Of a DNA stretch of 33,719 bases, positions 23,341-33,719 are shown in pieces. Every line of letters starts with the position of its first letter. Position 1 is the stretch's first letter. The notes beneath the pieces were generated by a model. It was not told the DNA's origin and searched no databases. It worked only from the letters and a program-made list of their open reading frames with translations. Made by a program: the position numbers and the translations under genes. The DNA is from Octopus bimaculoides (taxonomy: Eukaryota): NCBI RefSeq assembly GCF_001194135.2, contig NC_068999.1, positions 28,765,024 to 28,798,742 of the forward strand, in the 5' to 3' direction.

Positions 23341-25850
23341 ATTTTATAATAAAAAGATTGGTTTTTCAACCCGGCAGCCTATAAGGCCCAGCAGCTCGCC
23401 TTTTATTTTCCCGATGATTAGTTTGGGTGACTCACACCCACCTTTTTCACTACTACCTTCCATCTCTGTTCATATACTCTAGTTGACAGGGTCCTCTTTT
23501 CCAGCCCTATCTTGCTCTTCAGATGGTATTTGAAGTAAGTCAGCAATCCAGGGCCGGATATGTAGGACCCTGTCATAAAAACTTCCATTCTTGTCCTCCA
23601 TATACACTCTTTCAACATTGCTACCGTACAGAAAAAGCAAGCCTCATCTTCCTTTGAGAGTCCAATTGGCGGTATCATCTTTATCATAGATTCAGCCGAC
23701 AGCTATACTCGTCCCAGATGCGACAACACGTGTTCTACATAAATTATTAAGCTGGAGAGCTGCCGACAATGTACAAAAGCGTGTTGGACAGTTTCACTGT
23801 CTTGCTCGCATCGTGGACATGTTAGTGGCACTGCTAAACCATGCCTGGATAACTTCTCGCGAACAGGTAGAGCATTCCTATAACACTGCCAAGTCAGAGA
23901 TTTTTGGAAATTATCCAAGTACTCCGGCTTGAAGGTTTTCTGAAACAGGTTCTCGTCGAACCCCAGAGCCCTTCCTAGGACGTCATCGTTTTTCCCCTCC
24001 ACTAGCCCTCTGTAGAATACCGGGGTAGTATTCCCGCAGCCAGCCTTGCCCATCTTGTGGATAAGCCAGAGTGCCATAAAGTCAGATTATGCCTTCTAAT
24101 GAGACCGGGTTTAAATCTTTCCAGCGAGGCCGGTCGTGGTAAAAACTCCTCCGCCAACAGACTCCACACCTTATCACCCTCCAGGTGGCACCAGAGATGT
24201 CTCAGCCTCAACACATGTCTGCGCATCATTAGCCAGGGCATCCCCAAACCACCCTTTAGCGGTTCCTGGCAGCACACGGAGCGCCTCACAAGTGGCTCTC
24301 CCTTGTTTAGCCAAAAATCAGGGCAAGGCACAACGGACAGGCAGTAGGTGATTACAGATGCTATAAACACCTGCACCACCTCCACTCTACCCTTCAAGGA
24401 CAGAGACCTTCTGGACCACTTGCGTACTATGGCCTCCACCTTGTTCACTACCTCGCTCCAATTCTTCTCCGTCTGGGAGTCTGAACCAAACCAAACTCCA
24501 AGCAACTTAACAGGACCATCTGTCTAGTGTTCAACGACACTGGACGATAACGGCTTGTTCCTCCAGGTGCCGAGGCGCAAACCGATGGACTTGGGAGTCC
24601 GGGGTATTGGATTTTTTTCTTTTGTGTGTGACTGTCGTGAATTCCATTTCACTTTCATTTGCTTGGTTCTCCTCCTCTTTTTCGTTTTTGTTTTGTTTTT
24701 CATTCTTCTTTTTTTTCCTCCTTTTGGTTTTCACTTTGTTGTTGTTGTTTTCTCCGGGTTTTCTTTGGTTGTTGCAGCGTCTGGTTTATGTTTATCTGTG
24801 TTTATCACAGCGCTTTTGTCTGTGTTTATCACTGCGCTTTGGGGAGGAGCATCAGCCTTTTTTTTTTTTTTTTGTGCAGACGGAGCGAACATGGCTCTTC
24901 TGCCTGCATTTAAAGCATCTAGGCCTATGTCCCTCCACCGATACACGTATGGTATGCCCCTCCCCTATGAAGACTCTATCTGGTAAATTTTCGAGGATTG
25001 AATTGTCGGCCTGAATGACCATTTCAAGGCTCTGACCTTTCCAATTTGTTGCCTCTTTTTTTTTTCATGCTTAGAATCGATAGCTTTCCTTCTATGTCGT
25101 AGATAATAGCAGTTGCTACCCACATCACGTCATAACCATCGGGTATCTCTTCCACAGTAATTTTTGCCATTCTGCGGCCTAAGTAAGTAGGCAGCAGCAT
25201 TATCTGTTCGTTTTTTAGTGTCTGGGTTTACACCTCTTTCGCTACATTTTCCGACTCAAAGTGTGCTTCTATTGTTGCGCTCCTCACTCCTGGGCAAACA
25301 TAGCGAATCTTCTTCCATATTGGTAACAAGCACCATTCAACAATTTCATTTTTTACATCCATAATTTTCTTTTCTTTTAAGTTGTAAACTTTGTAGACTA
25401 CGGTTTTTTTTTAATGGCTTCGATGGTTTCAGGGGGCGGTACCAATTTTGTCATTTCACCTGTTTTTTCTATTAAGTTTCTGAACTGGAAGAGTTTCTCC
25501 ATAGCTACTTCCAGTTCAATTACGTTGCTGCCTACGGCGTCAGAAAAACTTTGCTTCGCCTGGGTGTCCTTTTGAGTAACAGTATTTTTACCTCCTCCCA
25601 TCTCGGGAAAATCGGTCTTTGAAGATAATTCAAATTCCATAATGAATGTATAAACTTGTCACAAATGACAAGAAAAATAATTTTCACAATAACCTAGAAA
25701 GGTTGACAAAAAAACAGAAATTTTCTGCCCCATAGGGCGAAAATAACTGTAAAACAGTTCACCAAAAAAGTCCAAAATAAATTATTCAACAAAAATATTA
25801 ACAAATAAGTAACCAAAGAACGAACTCACATCAAAAAGGGTAGCAACAAT
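23341..25850 (-). mobile_element. L1/Tx1-clade LINE copy B: 5'UTR and ORF1 joined to the end of RT, zf-RVT and 3' end
   Basis: ORF1 start MEFELSSKTDFPE...; junction at ~24600 from ..HKRKKSNTP to KSIGLRLGTWR and LLGVWFG; zf-RVT LTCPRCEQDSETVQHAFVHC. The 5'UTR shares ccataggg(c/t)gaaaataactgtaa with copy A. Confidence 0.9.
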
Positions 25851-25933
25851 AAAGACATCCACATTCACTGGTTACAAAATTAGAAATGATCTAATTATAA
25901 ATCTCACAGAGAGACATAAGCAGCAGTGTTACG

Positions 25934-26273
25934 ATAAAGCAGTTGTTTACTGTCAACCTAATGTGACAGACCCATTAAGGGAAACCAGTGAATGTGTTTT
26001 CACTGAAAATATATATATTTGTGAAGGCTAGACATGCTTTTTCAACCAGCTGGTCAGCTACTTCAGGCTGATGACGAGCAATGACTCAGAATAATGTCCC
26101 TGAATGCAGACTAAAGCTGGGTGGGGAAGCTTGTCTCCCCTTCACAAATATAAGGACACAGGAAATGTGTCAAGGCCAACAGGAAGCGGTCCAGCTTCCT
26201 AGGGCTAAATAGCAGCAGTATGATTCCCTTAATGGGTCTATCACATTAAGTTGATAGTAAACAACTGCTTTAA
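25934..26273. mobile_element. MITE with ~46-bp TIRs, Kolobok-like
   Basis: 25936-25983 vs revcomp of 26224-26271 match at 45/48. Flanks are ataa and ttaa (TTAA TSD with one change), and termini are 5'-AG...CT-3'. Confidence 0.75.
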
Positions 26274-26928
26274 AATATACTTTGTTTTTAAAATAAGAAA
26301 GTTAATTATACTTAAATCCAATTTTTTGCCTTGTTTATATTCTTTTCATGATATTTTACCTCACAACTTTTTTGATATAGATTTTTGTTGCATGGAATCA
26401 AAACTATGAAATTCTTCATGCTTTCTTCTACTGGACCAAACCTCAATTTTTTTATGCCAAAATGTAGCTTGGGACCAGTCCTCTTCAAAAATATTAGCAG
26501 TTTTCAATTTGGTTAAGAACTGAATTAGTGAGAAATCTCTGAGATAGGTGAGTAAATTGCAGCCTCAAGATTGAATGATGGGACAACTCATAACAGGTAT
26601 AAAGTGATAAAGATTTAACTCTGAAAGAAATTTTGTGTTGTATGTATGCAGGTGTGCTTGTGTGGTATGTATTTGTGTGTTTGTGTACGGTTATTTTATT
26701 CTTTCTTGATTTTTCTTTCAAAATTAAATCTTTATTACTTTATACCTAGTATGAGTTGTTCTCTATATCAATTCTCTTAGATATCAATTGTCCAGGAGTG
26801 AGTTGTCTAATAAGAGCTGTCTTGGTACCAGTTGCCACGGCACAATGTGAGTGGGACAAGTTCCTCCAATTTGTCTAGTATGACAATAACTTCAAATAAG
26901 AACTAACTTGAACTCATCTAACTCATTC

Positions 26929-27378
26929 CAGATAAGGTGATTGAGGTAGTCTGAGTGTGTGATAGGATTTTCAAACTAAGAATAGTCTTGTATAATATGT
27001 CACCTCTGCATATGCTCCACATGCTGGACTTGCAGGCGAACAGTGTACAGATGTGTCTTTTCAGGCTAACCATAGAAAGACAACATTTAGTTCATAATTA
27101 GCAAGTATGTTCATTCAGGTGGTGAAGATTTACTATTTGCTTGCTTTGGTTCATTGTGACAAGTTGAACATTTAAAGAGATTAATATCTCTGAGTTTTCC
27201 TTTCCTTGCATCTCATTTTAATTTTGTGCTTAATATGATTCTCTTCAAACTGCAGGGATGCATTCAGCATATGCTTTCTTACATGATGCCCACTTTCCAC
27301 ATAGATATTGCCTTTTTTCAGGTCAGATTTAAGGCAGTCCTTATATCTTAATTCAAGATTGTAAGGACATCTTTTCTC
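26929..27378 (+). repeat. Local segmental duplicate, copy 2 (partner 14531-14978)
   Basis: See copy 1; offset is 12,400 bp. Confidence 0.97.
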
Positions 27379-27669
27379 GCTCTTCAGAAAAGGCATAGGT
27401 AGAAACTCCATAAGATGTACCCAGTATAAGCTATAGACACATAAGAGGTACTGCAATGTCAGGGGAAAGTTAACGGAAACTAGTTTTTGTGTGTGGAAGA
27501 TACATAGGTACAATTAACACTAAAAAAACTTACAGAAAATAGACTCCATCAAATTCCAGGAGGGACACCTAGAAGTAGTTTATAGCTTCTATTATCTAGG
27601 TGACCAAGTCAGTAGCAGAGGTGGATGGTCCTAGAGTGTAGCTGCTAGAATAAGAATAGGATAGGCAAA

Positions 27670-28470
27670 GTTCAGAGAGCTCCTACCTCTGTTGGTAACA
27701 AAGAGCCTCTCTCAGAGTAAAAGGCAGATTGTATGATGCCTGCTTGCATGCAAACAGCCATGCTACACGGCAGTAAAACATGGGCTGTAACTGACAAGGA
27801 TATACATAGGCTTGAAAGAAATGAACCTAGCATGCTTTGCTGGATGTGCAATGTCAGTATGCATGTGTAAGCATCTTGAGAGAAAAGTTGGTTATAAGAG
27901 GCATCAGATGTGGTGTGCAAGAGAGACAACTGCGTTGCTATGGTCATGTGATGCATATGAATGGACAGCTGTGTGAAGAAGTGCCAATCTCTAACAGTGG
28001 AGGGAAGCTGTGGAAGAGGTAGACTCAGGAAGACATGGGATGAGGTGATGAAGCATGATTTTGAATGTTGGGCCTCATGGAGCCAATGACTAGTGACCAA
28101 GACCTTTGGCAATATGCTTTATTTGAGAAGACCAGTCAAGCCAAGTGAAATCATAATCGTGGCCATTGTTGGTGTCACATAACTGGCACCCATGCCAGTG
28201 GTATGTAAAAAGCACCTTTCGAGTGTTGGGCTTCACAGAAGCAATGTGGCCAATGACAGTGTCACATAATTAGCACCCATGCTGGTTATACGTAAAAAGC
28301 ACCTCTTGAGTGTTGGACCTCACAAAGGCAATGACAAATGACTGAGAACTTTGGCAATATGCTGTGATTGAGAAGAAGACCTATCAAGCCAAGTGAAATC
28401 ATAGTCGTGACAAATACTGGTGTCACTACTGGCACCTGTGCCAGTGACATGCAAAAGCACCCATTGAAGG
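27670..28470 (+). mobile_element. RTE LINE 3' fragment with internally repeated 3'UTR
   Basis: AMLHGSKTW, GVQERQLRCYGHVM and GRGRLRKTW. Three imperfect units start at tgttgg(g/a)c(c/t)tca (~28065, 28225, 28311). Confidence 0.88.
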
Positions 28471-29309
28471 CCAAGTTGATAACGATAAGGAGGATTTTAC
28501 TGGTATGAGAAACACTGTAACTTTTAGAGATGCTTACATCACTAATAAGTTTAGAGAAGCTGAAACTGGTTGGAGAAATATCAGCTAAACAGTAAGTTTG
28601 GACAGTCCTCTACTGTGCAGTGAATTTGTGCAATGGTTAAAAGCTTTGCTGGTTCTGAAAAAGCAAGCCAGATTTTGGTTGGTATTTATTCCTGGATCAA
28701 ACTTTATTAAGCAAATCTATAAATATATAGCATTCCAACCATAATTGTCCTGTCTTTCTTCATCCTGACATATCTAGAATTACATTTATCTGATATATCC
28801 TTTTTTAATGATGGTAGGGTGTAACTGGAGAGAGATTTGGTAGCTATTTCTCACAGATAGATAAATGAATAGAAATCCCTTGATTCATTCACTATTAAAA
28901 TATTGGAAATTGCAAGATCTAGCACTTGTGAGTAATGTAGAAATTTTAATCCTCAAATCAGAACTTATGGAATTTTCAAATATTCAAAAATGTCCTGCTT
29001 TCTGACTCATTAAATTGATATAAATTGATAAATTAAGAAGTTAGTGAGATGGATGTGTTCTGAGAAAATGTCAATATTTTAATCTATATTAATGTACACT
29101 GCTTGTTGATGTTGCTGCTGTTATTATTATCCTGCACATATGTCCAGCTAAGCTGAGAAAATCTCTTGTCTTAATCACATCATTCACTTAATAATACTAA
29201 CCTGCTAGTAACTTGATTTGAACTAACTTTCATATTGCTTGCTTTAATTTTACAATATTCCCTCTTGTAGTATGTTACTTATTTGTGATGCACCCACCCA
29301 AACCCTCTT

Positions 29310-31345
29310 GGAGAGGAGCTTCAGCCAAGTCTCTCACAGGCAAGACATATAGGTATAAACTCTTCGGGGAGGGTACCAGTGACAGGGTACGTGGTATGGG
29401 CATACTACTTGCAGAGAAATGGGTTCATAAGGTCATAGCGATTAGTCAGAGTATGCAGTAGAGTACTTAAGCTCAGGCTAGTTTTGCAGTATAGGACAGT
29501 GACAATTATCTCTGCCTATGCACCCCAAGTGGGTCTACCAAATGAACAAAAGGACCACTTCTGCAGCCTACCTCAAAAATGAATGATAATGATCTCATCT
29601 TTGTGGCTGGTGATTTCAATGGACATGTTGGGCAGCAGCCAGGTATTTTCCATGGTGTAAATGGGGGGGCCATGGAACTGGTTCCCAAAACAAAGAAGGA
29701 ATAAGGCTACTGGAGTTTTGTGATGCGAATAATCTATCGATTTGCAACACAAACTTCAGGAAGCCAGACAACCACTTGATAACCTATTAATTAGGTGACT
29801 ACACTAGCCAGATCAATTACATTCTCACCAAACAATAAGATACATGGTTGCTCATAAGTGCAAAGACCTTCCCTGGTGAAGAACATACCCCCAGCATAGA
29901 CTAGTTATTAGTGGCTTTAGACTTCAGGTCAGAAGGATGCCAAAAAGAAGACTGATCTAGCAAAAAAGGATCTGAAAGCTTAAAGATCCTTTGTATGGTC
30001 AGGAATTTAGGGATACCCTAATTAAGAAATTTGACAAGAAGGAGGAGGAACTACAGACTTGTAACATAGAGGGCAACTGAAATTCCTACGGGACAGCTTC
30101 CTGACAAAATCTGCAGCTGATGCAAAGTCCCATCTAGACTGAGGGTGACATGGTGATAGAATGATGCTGTAGACAAGGCCATTAGAGCAAAGAAACGGGA
30201 CTGGAAGTGTGAGGGTAGCATGGAATTGTATCAGAAAGCCAGGAAAATAGCAGAAAAGAAGTTTGCCAATGTTCTGTGACATGAGGGCAGAGACTTGAAG
30301 CGTTTTGGATTGCAAGACAGTGTGTGAGAGAAAATCATTATGTTATAGGATTATCATTATGTTATAGGAAAGAAATGTGTCCGCATGGATGATGGTTCAC
30401 TTGCATTTAATGATTCTACAAAGAAAGAGGTTTGGAAATGCCATTATGAAAGGCTGTTAGATGTGGAGAATGAATGGGACGAGGGAAGTCTGCCAAATGT
30501 AGACCCAACTGAGGGACCAACTATCCAAATCGACAATGGCTTGGTAGATAAAGCAATTAAGAATATGAAGGAAGCACCACTGAGATGCTTAAAATATATG
30601 GTGGATACATCCTAGTCATCTGTACAATTAATCAGGTCCATGAGGAAGTCATACCCAACGATTGGTGTAGCAGCACTACCATCAACTGCCACAAAGGCAA
30701 AGGTGATGCCTTAGACAAAATTAATTACAAAGGCATCAAATTGTTGGATCAGGTGATGAAAGTCACAGAAAGGGTCATGGCTCAATTAAGTAGGGAGAGA
30801 ATTAGTTTATATGAGATGCAGTTCAGATTTGTGCCAGATAGGAGTATGACTGGTGTTATATTTTAGGTTAGGCAACTGTAGGAGAAATATCTAGCCAAAG
30901 ATAAATCTCTGTACCTAGCTTTTGTTGACATGGAGAAAGCCTTTGACAAAATACCCCGCTCCCTTATCTGGTCGTCAATGTGGAAGCTAGGGGATAGATG
31001 AGTGGCTGGTGAGACTTATACAAGCCATGTATAGGGATGCTGTCAGTAAGGTGAAGATTAACAATGAATACAGCAATAAATTCAAGTTACAAGTAGGAGT
31101 TCACCAAGGCTTAATCCTCAGCCCCCTCTTGTTCATCATAGTCTTCCAGCCAATAACAAGAATTTAAGATGGGCTGCCTCTGGGAGCTCCTCAATACTGA
31201 TAACCTTACTCTTATAGCTGAATTACAACTGGAACTAGAAAAGAAATTTTGTGTGTAGAAGCAAAGTCTAGAATCAAAGGGCCTTAGAGTTAATCTAGCA
31301 AAAACCAAAGTAGGAGAGCCGACAAATCACAAATCCCATGAGAAT
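29310..31345 (+). mobile_element. RTE LINE (APE and RT), degraded
   Basis: ISAYAPQVGL, VAGDFNGHVG, KGKGDALDKINYKGIKLL, LAFVDMEKAFD and GVHQGLILSPLLF; many stops. Confidence 0.92.
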
Positions 31346-32733
31346 GTCAAAGCTTAGGTAATTTCTTCAGCACTTTGTCCACTGTTTCAGTGTTTCAACA
31401 CATGTTTTACACACTATACGGGGTGCCCAGGTTTTGTTTTGATCAACCAGTTTCATGCCAAAATAAGCAATGTACACTCCCTTCACAAAATCTGTGATTT
31501 TGTTTCACTGACTAGGTAAAGTGTAACATTCACAAATGTAGCAGACGACACCAGGGCTGTTTTTGTATTTACTTCTTTCACAACTGGCCATATTTCTGAA
31601 ATATAAAACATATATTTAAGCCAGTTGTCACCTGGGAGAAGCATTCTCAGAATTGTCAAAGTAAACAAATGCAGCTTTGTGATGGCAAATTTTCATAAAG
31701 TTCTTTGATCATGCTAGACAAAAAGTAACATTGACCTATGTGATCTCACACTTAAAATATTAAGGGTGCATTCAAAATACCAATTTTCATAAGAAATAGT
31801 CAAAAGTTCAATGAAACATATCTCACCTAGTTTGCAATGACAGTTACATATCTACAGACAAATGCAACAAATTACACAAATATGAGACATGTCTGATATC
31901 AGGGACCACAAAAATGAGTTGTTTATTAACATCTAATTCTATAAAGGACACTTGTCATCATCATGACATTTAAAACTGGTTAGATTGAAAACAGTGGAAG
32001 TTTTTCAAGCTTGATGCTTTTAATTGATGAAGATACTTAAATAGTGTTATGTCAGGCTCCATACATGGGCCTGCATTTGATGAAGCCAAATATATCCTTA
32101 GAAATGGTTACAATACCAGAATTATTTTAAAATGGACATTTGAGTTTGTGAAACATTTTGATGTGAAAGAGTAAAATGGATTTCATTTTTGAATTCAGCA
32201 CCCCAAAATCACTGTCTCCAACACCAGACAGCAAAATCAATGTTCTCCAGTGTTATCCATATTGTTTTTGTACTTTCCCACCCATCATGCATCACTTCTT
32301 AGATATTTGCATAGGCTAGTGTCCTCTACAACGATTTTTTCTTTTATATTACTAAAGAGGACAAAGACTATAATGAAATTATACTGGATCTTGGTGCATC
32401 ATCAACCACTTTTCTGCTTATTGATAATCCTGATGAAGTTTTTGGAAAATGTATTTAAAATAAACTATTGTACAAGGGTTAGACATTTTATTTCTAAGAA
32501 AAATCATGACCCCTAAAAACACATGATACTCTTTTATGGGCTCACACCATCTTAAATGGGTGTTTCTGCCTCAGTTAAAACTTACTCATCTGGAATACCT
32601 TTGTCATTTTGCCTCGTTATTGCTAAAGTCTGTTTAATTGATGATTTCAGATTCTGTCTCTTTGTATAGCTAGCCGCATTAATAGCTTTCACTTTTGCTC
32701 GGTATTTGTATTACAGATATTTACCACCAGATG

Positions 32734-33101
32734 TATAGGGTGGTCCAAAAGTCTTGTCACCTCCTACCGAAAAGTACTAAGAACAATAGAGGAACAATAT
32801 AATAATATCAAACACATGTACTGGTTTTAGTATATCCACTTCCATTGACACTGTTACTGTCACACATCAAGGTTTGTCTGAACACCAACAGCTTCATAAA
32901 AGATCACACAGTACATGGCACTGCATCATTTTGTGCCACGAAAATGGTGCTCATACTGACTTTCTTGATGTGTGATAGTGTCAGTGTCAATGAAAGTGAA
33001 TATACTAAAACCAGTACATGTATTTCATATAATTATATTGTTTCTCTATTGTTCTTAATACTTTTTGGTAGGGGTTAACAAGATTTTTGAACTAACCTAT
33101 A
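32734..33101. mobile_element. Tc1/mariner-type MITE with ~140-bp inverted arms and TA TSD
   Basis: Left tatagggtggtccaaaagtcttgtcacc...cacacatcaagg and right (revcomp) tataggttagttcaaaaatcttgttaacc...cacacatcaaga. Confidence 0.85.
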
Positions 33102-33198
33102 CTATTATGAGGCTTGCTCAAACTATGGTTAATGTTGACATTATTACCTGGAAACGAAATAAAAAATAAAAAATAGTGTAATGGGTGTAAAAAAGGTT

Positions 33199-33590
33199 TA
33201 GGAAACGAATATGAAAACAAAAATGCCTGGAAAGCAATGGGTGGGGAGAGGCCTTTAGAAAATTCACAAGATCCAATGTTTTTCCCCTCATAACTTTTAG
33301 GAAATGGGTTTTTTTTTTAAAAATGAAATTTTATATAAATACCTTTCAAATGGTATAGATTATGATTATAAAGAAATTTGTGAGGAAAATTTTTTCCAAG
33401 GGATGGGGAGAGGATTTCGGAAAATTCCCAAGATCCAATGATTTTCCCTCATAACTTTGAGGAAAATCAATATCTTTCTACTTCCCACTCACGTAGGAAA
33501 CGAATCTGAAAACAAAAATGCATGGGTGGAGGAGAGGACTTCAGAAAATTCACAAGATCCGAATTTTTCCCTTGTAACTTTAAAGAAAAT
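33199..33590. repeat. Three imperfect direct repeats (33199-33305, 33401-33467, 33494-33590)
   Basis: Shared core ggagagg..tt..gaaaattc.caagatcc.a..tttt.cc.t..taacttt; copies 1 and 3 also share taggaaacgaat.tgaaaacaaaaatgc. Confidence 0.85.
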
Positions 33591-33677
33591 ATAATCCTTT
33601 TGAAATCATAAATTAGGCTTTTCCCCAGGAACTTGGATGCTAAACATCCCTTTGAAGGGTTCGGGTCCTTACTTCTA

Positions 33678-33684
<7 letters not shown>

Positions 33685-33719
<35 letters not shown>
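33685..33719. repeat. (TA)n microsatellite at window end
   Basis: Directly visible. Confidence 0.97.

Larger units (their letters stand above)
18871..26844. mobile_element. Mutator-like (MULE) TIR element with 9-bp TSD, expanded by nested insertions
   Basis: ATGTGAGTG at 18862-18870 and 26845-26853. The arms are inverted and carry repeated (g)gacaact units. Both place 'caact' exactly 10 nt from the TSD. No clear transposase. Confidence 0.75.

Noticed and set aside
21715-25014. Cluster of Phe/Leu-rich plus-strand ORFs
   Set aside because: They are antisense to Lys/Glu-rich Tx1 ORF1 sequence.
30334-30369. 19-bp tandem duplication (also the 24-bp SAVINTDK repeat at 24791-24838)
   Set aside because: These are ordinary slippage events inside dead LINEs.
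31410-32230. Possible degenerate Tc1/mariner element
   Set aside because: There are TIR-like starts and a faint C-terminal motif, but no matched TIR pair or readable catalytic motif.

Overview
AT-rich, repeat-dense animal genomic DNA. The tRNA-derived SINE and the RTE-LINE tails resemble repeats I recognise from Octopus/coleoid cephalopods, so the taxon is an inference. The window starts and ends in (TA)n, so it may be a whole small scaffold, and it has one 894-nt N gap. There is one clear host gene: a SNIP1/Pml1-family FHA protein on +. Its terminal coding exon is 13257-14072. A probable upstream exon at 4399-4614, missing from the ORF track, lies across a ~8.6-kb intron filled with TEs. Nearly everything else is transposon debris: SINEs, CR1-group, RTE and L1/Tx1 LINEs, Gypsy pol, mariner, piggyBac, hAT, several MITEs, and a ~8-kb TIR element with a perfect 9-bp target-site duplication (Mutator-like) that contains nested LINEs. 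There is also a ~99%-identical 0.44-kb local duplication and a 53-bp filler copy at a LINE deletion junction. I found no convincing new multi-gene system. The best leads are the divergent SNIP1 copy and the nested and duplicated repeat architecture. All translations and alignments were done by eye, and TE boundaries without TIRs or TSDs are approximate.
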